A DNA stretch of 62,782 bases from Trichinella spiralis (Eukaryota), in contig NW_003526945.1 of assembly GCF_000181795.1 (NCBI RefSeq), positions 3,398,305 through 3,461,086 of the forward strand. The letters are read 5' to 3'. A program made the position numbers and the translations under genes. Below the pieces are notes generated by a model. The model did no database searches and was not told where the DNA came from. It was given only the letters and a program-made list of their open reading frames with translations. This document shows positions 1 through 10,316 of this stretch, one piece after another (the first letter of the stretch is position 1; each line of letters opens with the position of its first letter).

Positions 1-557
1 AAGTTCGTCTTCAAGCTTCAGAATCTGCCCTCCGCACTGATTGAAATTGTCGTACAAATATTGCTTCTGCATCAGACGCGTGGGCAAATTCATGTAATGA
101 TCACGAGTACGACTCCAATCCCACGGCGGAATCTTTTTCGTGCGATCCAGCCAGACTTCAAATTTTGTCAAATTGTAACCAACTATGAAAATTGTACCAG
201 CAACGAAACCGCTGATCACGCCAACCATGGGCCACAGATCAAAATGCCGCACACTGGTGCGAAAAAACCTACAATGTCATGCAATTTGAGTAAAAACAAT
301 CAAAATTTAATAACAGTGAGCAAATTTAAAAATTCAAAACCACTCAACACTACCCTGCTGAAATAAATTTTATTGAAACATTATTAAAAAGTCATCTTTT
401 TCCTAACTATTTTTTTCAAAGGCTTCTGATCACTTGAAATAATAGAAAATTATTCGTACCGCCGAAGTTCTTGGCCGGTGGTGAAAAAAGATGCCGGATA
501 ACGAATCATTTTCCCATTAGGTGGAACATCGCCCGTATAAACTGGAACTTGCTCCAT
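1..557 (-). CDS. NDUFA4/MLRQ (COXFA4/B12D)-like small mitochondrial membrane protein, 3'-partial
   Basis: Exon 557..460 (MEQVPVYTGDVPPNGKMIRYPASFFTTGQELR) splices GT..AG in phase to exon 268..1 (RFFRTSVRHFDLWPMVGVISGFVAGTIFIVGYNLTKFEVWLDRTKKIPPWDW...). The H-x-x-L-x-P + TM helix + V-W-x-x-R-x-K-x-x-P-W pattern recalls NDUFA4 (HPSLIPL...PDVSWDRKNNPEPW). Runs off the window edge. Confidence 0.5.
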
Positions 558-1347
558 TTTTCACTTGCTGTAATTGAAAAATACACTGCGAAAAAATATC
601 AATAAAATAACCAAATGTCCTTTTATATATACTACCTGTCAGTGCAATTTACAGTATACACTATGATTTGCAAGTTTTATTCATTATGATATGAAGCAAT
701 TTGCATCGAAAAGTACAGCAAGTGTAATAATTGAAATTGAACAAATTTATGCATTTAAAATTAATAAGTAAAACTTATTTTAATATTTTCCCATAAACAC
801 ATGCATAATTTATATGCGATGAAAAATTCTTTGTTCTATCTCATTGTATTTCTTTAGTCAGCAATACATAACAAGGAATAAAAAAAAATTAAAGTTGGAA
901 AAGTTAGCAAAACTGCAAATTCAAATTCTATTAACTCAAAAAACTCTATTCATTGTGAGTAATTATTAAAATGTACAAAATATTATTCTATTCGATTATA
1001 TATTATATCATATTATTATTATTAAATTGTGAAACCAGATTTGTGCACAAAAGTTTACAAAAAAATGTAAAGCTTCATGAGAGAATTTGCCATTTCAAAA
1101 ACTTTGGAAATTAATTTGAATATTAATTTTCGAAAATATAAAGTATCATTAAATGCATTAATTGCTGATTTGGTCAACATTGAATTTCACCTTCAATTTC
1201 TAACGCAGCTGTTGTTTTCTAACAACCGTTGCAAGCTAATTTATCCACAAAGAAGCAATGGATAGCGGCAGTTGTGAAGTTTCTTGCCGTTGCAAAGTTG
1301 TGGCTAGTTTTCCGTTTGGATGAATAAATGACCAGCGGCTTTTTTCG

Positions 1348-1563
1348 ATGAACACTACACTGCTTGGAGAGATTATTTCGATTCTTGTTGGAGCTTTTGG
1401 TTTTTTGCTGGTCGGATTTTGTATATTCTTCATTTGCTTCTTATTGAGTACTGTTTCGTCGTGGATTCGTAAAATAATGGATAGTTCCAAACAGAAACGC
1501 AATTTTAGTGACTCGGCAGATAAGGACGACAATTCGGATGAAATTATTACAATCACTGCTTAG
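1348..1563 (+). CDS. Putative small single-pass membrane protein (71 aa), orphan
   Basis: Intronless ORF with one strong hydrophobic segment (IISILVGAFGFLLVGFCIFFICFLL) followed by a basic then acidic tail; GC higher than flanks; no homology recognised. Confidence 0.35.
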   Translation: MNTTLLGEIISILVGAFGFLLVGFCIFFICFLLSTVSSWIRKIMDSSKQKRNFSDSADKDDNSDEIITITA

Positions 1564-2996
1564 GATAATTAAAAAATGATTAGAAGAATGAAATGCGTTT
1601 AGAAGTGAGTATCATAATTTTGCACATTATCTGTTTCTTCCTTTTTTGATTATAGAAAATGAATAATAATGTTTACGAATAATTCACAACTGAATAGTTG
1701 AAAATGAATTTTTTTTACTTCTAATACGTATTATAAGCAATTAATTTTTGAACACTGATTTTAAAATAATGCATTTTCAAAAGTAATCTACTTTTTGAAA
1801 TATGATAATCTACATAAATAATTTGTTAATTTCAAAATTGCATTTTAATTGAAAATCATTTTTTTCAGATTTAGATTGCATTTTCAAAGTTATGCTATTT
1901 CAAAATCATCCAAAGTTTACTGATTTACCACTGCCGTCGAACATGAATATTCCAGTGTTATTGTTGGTTTTAATAGCCTTGCAATCTTTTTACTGCCATG
2001 GGAAGAAAACATAGTCATCCAAATTGACGATGGTCCATCATTCACATCTGCTAATGATCATTCGCATTTTATTAATTGTTCATAAAAAATAAAAATTTTT
2101 TTCTCAACTAAATGGTTTGCAATGTTTTATTTAAAAAGCTGTTGCGCATTCCATGCAATTGGCACATTTAGTTGTTCAAATTATTCATTTAAATTAAGTC
2201 AAATGGATAATTGGAAAGCTCTCATTTTGCACGGGCAAAGCATATTTGAGGTTTGCAAACCATTAATAAAATTATATTTTTAAAAACAAACAACAACACG
2301 TAATATATTGCAGATAATAGTTTACAATTTCTTTTTATTGATACAATATGAAGTATATTTACTATCATATCAATCATATAAAATAAGAAGCTTTGACATT
2401 TGAGTTTGACTTTATATTAGTAATTTCCGTTTAAACTTTATATTCAAATATTACTGTATAGAATGAGAATACTGTACAAAAGTTTCACTGCCGGCATCAT
2501 ATGGTTACTCTTCGAAGTACTATGATAAGCTGACGACAAGTACGATGAGTACAGCTTGATTTGATTTGATTTCATTTTGATGAAAATCAATAAGTTTCTT
2601 CCCAATATTACGTAGTCTTGCTTATTGCTTTTCCTTTATTAGAAGAAACGAGTAAGCTACGAAATTTTACAGAAAGCCTGTTTTCATCAGTTTCTTCAAT
2701 CATTGACCTTGGTTGATACTTAGTTTAAAATAACATTAATAATTTTGGTTTTTGTTTTGAATACTGTTACGAATAAAATGATCTTTGTATCTCACAATAT
2801 CATAGAAACGTTTTTATGTTGAACAACTTGTAACTTGAAATAGGTAATAATAAATGTATAGTTGTAATGAAATAATTATTTATTTTGTTTAGTTTTGTCA
2901 TTTCCTGGTTGACCTGTTTAATTTTTGTAAAAGTATTTTACATAAAGCGTATGGTGTTGTCGTATTCAAAGAAGTTTACTTTTAGAATTTGATTTC

Positions 2997-4930
2997 ATGG
3001 AAACCATGGAACAGAGTATGCTTGATTTATCGAATATAAATTTTGAACGCTGTTTTGTGGAAATGGAAGAGCGTGATTTGTTTAAATCAGGCGGGGAAGT
3101 GTGGATTGTTGGTCGGGTTTGGCAGACTCAAGGTACAGCATATGTTGCATATGTGACTGCAAAAATTAACAAAAAATTATAAATATGAAATTGCTGTGCT
3201 TTTGAATAGGTGAGAATAGTTTTGTTTTAATGAAGAACTTTTGTTTTATGCAGATTTTGATGACATTAAAAAAGAAATTCGCAGCAGAATGTGGTTTACT
3301 TATCGTAAAAGTTTTTCTCCAATCGGTAAGCACTGTGCCTTTAAGCATAGTGTGTTCAATAAGTGCAGTTGTTATAGTTAATTGGCTTTTAAATTTGAAA
3401 AAAAAACAGAAATTGAAGATGTATTCAAAAAAATCCATTACTGCATAAACTGCGCTTATTTTGATTTTTAAAATTAGAAGCTGCGCAATTGTTGAAACAA
3501 ATTCTGACTTATTGAAATGAGGTAATTTTGTTATTTGTAGGTGGAACTGGACCGATTTCTGATTCTGGGTGGGGTTGCATGCTGCGATGTGGGCAGATGC
3601 TTCTTGCACAAGCTTTGATTTGTCGTCATTTAGGTAGAGGTGCGTCATTTGATGTGATTTCAGTTGTCAGTTGGCATAATTTTGAAAGTAAAAAACAACA
3701 CTTCAGAATGGCAGTGGAGTCCGTCGTGTAGGGATGAAGCATATGTGAGGATATTGCGTATGTTTCAAGATAAGAAGAACGAACTTTACTCAATTCACAT
3801 GATTGGTATATTGTTGTTCATTTGAGTGACGTATTGATTTTTGTTCTTATTGTGATTTTTGCAGCTAAGATGGGTGAATCTGAGGGCAAAGAAATTGGCA
3901 AATGGTTTGGTCCCAGCACAATTGCTCATGTTATTAAAAAGCTAGCCATATACGACGATTGGTCATCGTTGGCCGTTCACGTGGCCATGGATAACGTGAT
4001 TGTTCAAGAAGATGTGAAAAAGCTTTGCTCCAGAGAGGTCTTCGACGCTCTTAGGAAACGTCTGCTACAAGAGGAGCCGTCGGAGATTGTTGCGGATTGG
4101 TTTGAAGATGCGAGAAAAGACAATAAAAAGGTGGACTGTGCAAATCTGTCGTCACCTTGGAAACCGCTTCTTTTGATTTTACCAATGCGCCTCGGTTTGA
4201 GCGAACTGAACCCCTGTTACATCCCAGCGTTGAAGGTGACTGTGGTCAAATTATGAATGAATTTTTGTTTTTTTTTTATTAAAATTATAAATTGCAATTA
4301 TTTGCTTCTGACGAATAGGAGTTTTTCGCTTGCAAATACAACATCGGCATGATCGGCGGCAAACCGAACCACGCGCTTTATTTCATCGGCGCTTATAAGG
4401 ACCGTTTGGTTTATTTGGATCCACACTGGTGCCAGACATTTGTCGACCTGGACGTCAGCATGGATTTGTTCGACGATTCGTCTTATCATTCGGCATTCAT
4501 TTTGGACATCTCATTTAACGAAATTGATCCATCATTGGCAATCGCTTTCTACATCAATACCGAAGCCGAGTTTGATGATTTTTGCACTTTTGCTAAGCAG
4601 GTCTGTTTGGTGGGCAATTTCAGATGTTTTTCCAGTGGTTCAATGGTTCAATTGTTCCAGGTTTTGCAAAAATATCCGAATCCTCTGTTTGAAGTTTTGC
4701 TACGGCGTCCACCCACTTGGCCACCATTCGTGCCTTACGTTGGCGAAGTGTGCAACAAAATATCTGGTGAATAATTAATTATCCAATCGCACCACATGTG
4801 CATTTTGAATGAAGCGACGTTTTTATTTTTGAAATTTAACTTTTTATTTTTAATCGGTATTTATTTAGAGTTTTCCGTTTTGGACTATCGCTGCGAAAGT
4901 GATGAAGAATTTGAAATTTTAAATGCCTAA
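2997..4930 (+). CDS. ATG4: ATG4 cysteine protease (autophagin, peptidase C54), ~8 exons
   Basis: Exons about 2997-3132, 3254-3325, 3541-3639, 3707-3805, 3864-4235, 4319-4600, 4661-4767, 4870-4930. Motifs: MWFTYRKSF, catalytic Cys in [38 protein letters not shown], catalytic Asp/His in YLDPH, IDPSLA, and C-terminal LIR DEEFEIL. Confidence 0.95.
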
Positions 4931-5282
4931 TTGATTGTGTTCATTTTTGCACTATTTTTTGATTTTATTTTTACCAAGTAAACTTACAATCTGTACGCTG
5001 TTGTTTTTCAACCTTCTTTTATCAAAATTCATTTTACATATACAAAAAAAGTCTGCTTGGAAGTTATTTTTCATTTGTGCATATTTTGACTGCAACGTAT
5101 CGCTTTTGGCAGGTTGGAGAGAGAAGCAAACCTGTTTGATTTACTGGCAACAGACAGAGATCTTATTTTTTCTTTTAATATCAAAATTGATGATTTTATC
5201 ACAATATTGAAATATTATATTCATAATTATTTCACATACAGAAGGAATAATAAACTGATGTTAAAACTTCATGAAACACAGT

Positions 5283-5887
5283 TCACATAAATGCGGATGC
5301 ATTAATTATTTCTGTTGGTGAGAAAAAGCGTACGACTCGATCATTTTCTCGTTTAACAATGCCATAAGAAAACACCGAAAGGACGGAATCGTTGACATTC
5401 AAACCGTGACAATGCATTCGTGCCGTCATGGCTTCTTCACCACTACTGAATACAATTACTGCGTAGGAGCCTTTGTGTGTAATATACAACACTGTTCCAA
5501 ATTTATGAAAGATAACCCACAGTGTATAAGCAGTAACACTTCTACCAAATCCAACGACGATAAGTTTCTGCTTCTGTGAGACATGCTTGGACGTGTAGCG
5601 GTTCACGGTGAAATAAAATTTCGCACTATCTAAAATTTAAATAAAAAGTTAAAAAAAGAAATTCATATCAATTCACCACCTTTATTTATTTCATTTATTT
5701 TATTTTCCTCACCTGGTTTACGTACGATAAAAGTACACAAATGCCGAAAATCTTCAATGGGTTCATTGGTTTCCAAAGGTGAATAGCATGGAAGATCAGA
5801 AGTTTCAGCAGTTTCGCAAACAAATTCTTTGCTTGGAATTTCGTCATCATCAATTACAATCACTTCTTCTTCTTCACCTGAATTCAT
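5283..5887 (-). CDS. Small RRM-domain protein (~173 aa) with acidic N-terminus
   Basis: Exon1 5887..5713 (GT donor, phase 1) joins exon2 5629..5283 (TTTTAG) in frame. KLIVVGFGRSVTAYTLWVIFHKFGTV...KGSYAVIVFSSGEEAMTARMHCHGLNVNDSVLSV fits the RNP2/RNP1 RRM topology. Confidence 0.65.
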
Positions 5888-6349
5888 ATTTGAATTCAAA
5901 ATAACAATAAAACAATTTTTCTCTCTGAAGTCGACTACTATAACTGCTTACAGTAATATGCACACAAGCTGAAATTGAATTACTGTAAAACTCAATAATA
6001 AATATCACTTTTTATGTTGGAAGAATTAGTTTAAAATTTTTATTATAAAAATAAAAACATTTTAAAATATTTTTGTATCGAACAATGCAGTTTGATTATT
6101 CCAATTCATCAGAATTTAAGGAATTCTGATTTACAAAAAATTTGATACAGTAATGTAGTAAATATGGAATTCATTTTAATTGACTTTTTCATATATTTTA
6201 TGACGCTTAATTTTCTCATATAGCTGTTTACAATAAATATGACATTAATTTTAACATTATATATTGCTTTGATAGTCTGCTTTGTCTTTGCTTAGAAATC
6301 ATATTATACATTTGTTACTTTTTGTAATACTTTCTAATATATCATTGAA

Positions 6350-6808
6350 ATGTCATAAACAATTAGAAAATATGTAACACCTTCTAAAGATTTCTAGTTG
6401 TGCGCATGTCGAGTGACATTATCGTTTAAGTACCACCAGGATGAGATCTCAATGCAGATAATTTGTGATAAAATGAAAACGTAGCATTCAATAAATATGT
6501 ATAAATAATCAGTTTTATAATTTTTATATTAAAAGTTCATTTTTTTCTGTAAAAAATGTTGCTCATTCTAATAAAATTGTTCTTGATTTTCTTTTTATTT
6601 ATTACAGCATTCTTAAAATGGAATAAATGATTAATTGAAATGCATAAAAACGTTGAATTCGTATTATATTTTTGTTATAACTATACGTTTATACAGTCTA
6701 TAAGTTGCTGATTTCTTCTGATATATTTTTTGAGAGTTGCGACGCAACTAAATACTGAATATTATCGCAAATTTATGTACCGTTAACATGCACAAAAGTA
6801 ACACCTCA
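6350..6808 (+). repeat. Interspersed ~460-bp AT-rich repeat, copy A
   Basis: Collinear reverse-complement similarity to 52845-53305 (e.g. AAGTTGCTGATTTCTTCTG vs CAGAAGAAATCAGCAACTT; GAGAGTTGCGACGCAAC vs GTTGCGTCGCAACTCTC; TTGTTCTTGATTTT vs AAAATCAAGAACAA). Confidence 0.85.
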
Positions 6809-6819
6809 TTTTGTTAATC

Positions 6820-7260
6820 AAAAGTTTCATTACTGGAAGCTTTTTTGATCATTTTCCATTTGATTCGCTTGTACAAGGGTTTGAAGGGAACGCCTGAACG
6901 CTCCTGGAAAGAGTTTTGGCAGTTCTACAATGGTGCGAATGTCACTGTAGAGTAAAACGAACGTGGTCATTGACGACCACCGGTACGGATCACACAGCTA
7001 ACGGCTGACAGAGCGTAGGCTCACATAGTGAACACTTTTCAAACGGTTCATCATCATTGAGGAAGCTGAATGCCACACCAATTGTTTTATACACCGTGCT
7101 TGTATCATCTATCCACCCATTCAGCTATTCACTGATCACACATCACCGATGGTGCTTCAAATTTTGTATTCGCTTCGCCACTGGCAGCCCCATTTACAGA
7201 AGCGATATTTGTTTCTGTGCGCTTAGATCATTTTGAGACAGTGTCTCAACATTGGGCATG
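6820..7260 (-). mobile_element. Possible decayed DNA-transposon (hAT/Buster-like BED finger) fragment
   Basis: GC-richer stretch with no intact ORF; the minus-strand fragment GVAFSFLNDDEPFEKCSLCEPTL loosely resembles the FGF...DEPxPQCxxC start of ZBED/Buster transposases; adjacent to the dispersed repeat. Confidence 0.25.
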
Positions 7261-7409
7261 TGATTCTGCATGTCAGAAGTGACATAACAAATTAAAAGGC
7301 ATACAAACAATAAACAACCAAGTCACCAAATTTAATTAATAACCAATACTTAAATAAGCCAAATATCTACTAATACTACGTGAGGCGCATCAACATCACA
7401 TAGATCACT

Positions 7410-8942
7410 CTATTCTTGGTCGCGATCTTTTTTCGCCTTCTTGAAACGGAGCTTCATCGACATTTGCGCTTTTCTGAATCGCTCCTCTACAGTGAAAAAC
7501 TCATAGAGAAGTTCTTCTTCAGCTTTATGTTTTCGAATGGACGAAATAATATTTGGAATGGGATTCTTGTCCTTTCCCTTGCCCTTAACGGTGATGGCAA
7601 CTTCACTTCTCCAAAAGTTTTTGATGACCTTTCCGCCAACTGCGCTGCTGAAATTGCTCAAACAAAATACAACGTGTAGTTTTTTTTGAAAAAAATTTCA
7701 AATTTTTACAATTGTATGAAAGTATTTTCTGCATTGAAAAAAAATATATATCATACCTTGGTAAATTTATCCCGTTAATTCGTTTGGCAAAAAGCGATGG
7801 AAAAATTTGCCGCTTGCTGGAAATAGCACGATCGCACCGTTCACCTTCTAACAATGGAATTCATATTAGAGGGAATGTTTGACTAATTGAAGAAATTCGA
7901 ATTTAAAATTTACGGTAAATTTTCTCAGCTGAACCCAATATATTCTTCTGAATCAGCTGTGCATCGTCAGATCTAAAGTAAAGTTGGTTAAATTTGTCGT
8001 TTCAATCGTAAAGCTGACTCACTTTCCAGAAACATCAATCAGCTGATTTTTTGAATTTCCATCATCATTTTCGTACGATTTAACTGATTTCGATTCAAAA
8101 CTGAAAAATGATCACAGCAAACATGTTCATCAAATCTTTTCACAAATTTTCATTCAAATCAAAGTCTATCTACTTGCTGTATATATTACAGTATAATCAA
8201 AAATAAAAGTGCGCTTTACCATGTACAGTATTCCTGCTTGGGTGCCACGGGTTTCACGGGACTGGACAATTTTAGATTCATTAACTGGTTCAGTACTTCT
8301 TCTTTGAGTTCCGTATCCACTACCTGAGTCAATAATTAAAATTTCCATATACAACTTTCTTATTTCTTCTAACAGTTTGGCTGTTTACCAGACTTTCCGG
8401 TGACTGTACGCCACGGTCCGCTTTATCCTCTTGCTCCATGGGCTCTTCAAACAATCGTTTCATATCATACGATTCCAGTGATGATGAGGATTTCGAATCT
8501 TTGGCACCAAGGTGTGTTTTCTCCACGTGCTCTTCTTTCTCAACAATACTAGCAAAAGAAATTCCACAGCGCTTACAAACATACGGTGCAACTCCTTGGT
8601 GGCGCCTTACGTGAATCTAAAATTATTTTCAGATATCATTTCACTTCATTGTGCCGACGGTGTATACCGAGAAAATTATAAAATTACTTCAAATAAATAA
8701 ATAAAAATGAAACTACACTAACAGTAATTAAGGTTGAAAATTTCTTAATTGACATTCTTACTCTGCAGGTGACAAAATTCTGAAAACGTGCTCCACAGTA
8801 GCAGCAAGCGAACTGCGGTGGATCGACAAAAAAAGGATACATTATGATTCAGCAGTACCAAGTGAAATGAAATTCGGAGCCAAAGACCACCACAGCGAAA
8901 CGACCGTTCAACGCAAGTGCACGGTAGCACACTAAAAAACAT
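7410..8942 (-). CDS. Uncharacterised multi-exon protein (5' end uncertain)
   Basis: At least six consecutive exons (~8549-8353, 8323-8220, 8100-8023, 7973-7915, 7847-7758, 7647-7410) join with consistent phases at canonical GT/AG sites. Low-complexity charged N-terminal part and a globular-looking basic C-terminus (VIKNFWRSEVAITVKGKGKDKNPIPNIISSIRK...RFKKAKK). Upstream exons to ATG 8942 are tentative. Confidence 0.6.
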
Positions 8943-10316
8943 CAACTGTTAGGTGAACTGTAGAAAAAAGTCTAAGATTTTCCTGAGCATCAGCTTTTAA
9001 CCAATAAGAAGGCACCTAAGATATAGCTGATTTCATTTCAGATTTTATCAGTAAATATATCAAAATTATTTTTACATTATTAAAAATAATTAAATGTATT
9101 CAATTATTTTCAATGATTATTATTTTTTATCAAATTATTTATTAATAATAACAGTGGCAATGGGTGATGAATTTGATGATAGAAATCAAGAAATTACAAT
9201 TTCGCTTAATTTATTGAATAACAGCAACGGGTTTTTTATTTAATATTTCAACATGTTGAAAGCAAAATTAAAAATACAGTATATTTAAGTTTTTAAAATT
9301 TTTGAAAATATTTTATAATATTTCTGAATATCAAACATAAATTCAATTCAATTCAATTCAATTCAATAAAATGCAGTATTATTTATATTTTAAATTTAAA
9401 AATTAATAAATATCATAAATATTTTTTTTATTTCCGATTTACCCATTTAACTATTGAGCCATGAGCTAAATACTTAGCATTGTTTTCGTTGAAGATGTCA
9501 AACATTTTTTCGGGTTCCATAAATTTTCCACAAAAGCTTCACCGGAATGGACCGTGTCCATAAATTTGAGTTGCAGGTGGTTTTTCTTCGAAAATGTAAT
9601 TACTACAAAATTTCGGCGTGGAAGATTTTCATTGGCTGTTGTTGTTGTGATCAGCATTAAATTTTTCTTTACATGACGCAACGCATTGACCCGCTCACTG
9701 TATTACTGTTGATTGAAACAGCCGACAGGCCGATCGCAAAGGGAATAATATTCCAAAGTTCACTTAACAACAAAAATTAAGAACAATTTGCTAAATGTAC
9801 ACATTCTAGTAAAGAATATCTTGCCAAATAATAAAATACGAAATTATTTGGCAAATTCGATAAATGTACCCTCCTCACACACTACGACAAATCTCAAACA
9901 CATTAACATACTTAAAAGTCACTGTGACAAGTGACAGAAATTAATTGAAAAATACAAAATCAGAAAAAAACATCTTATTTTCCTCTCCTCTGTTCAAAAA
10001 ACATTAAGAAATTAAAAAAAAGAATCATATTCAACATCAACTCGTCACTTCACCGAATCGATTAATAATTAATGCAAATTCATGCGTGGGCATTATAAAA
10101 ATTAAAAAAGAAAAAGAATAATATGTAACGTGATTAAAAACAAAAAAAGAAAACATTTTCCAACATCATATTTTGCAAAAACGATACGATACATTTTACT
10201 TTGGATAATTTTATTTTTGCCAGCAATCAGTTTTTCACACTTGAAAAAAATTCCAAAATCGTATATAATATCATTCATTAACTTCTGCATCTTTATGAAC
10301 GCTACTCGAACGAACT

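Noticed and set aside
341..357. Possible 17-nt microexon (TTTCAG...GT) in the first intron of the NDUFA4-like gene
   Set aside because: Including it shifts the frame; direct splicing 460 to 268 is already in frame.
1892..2085. Short signal-peptide-like ORF (MNIPVLLLVLIALQSFYCHGKKT)
   Set aside because: Stops immediately after the hydrophobic stretch with no donor site; too short to support.
9440..9740. Coding-looking minus-strand stretch between TCF25 and the orphan gene
   Set aside because: No recognisable motif or confident splice path; may be UTR or an upstream exon but cannot be supported.
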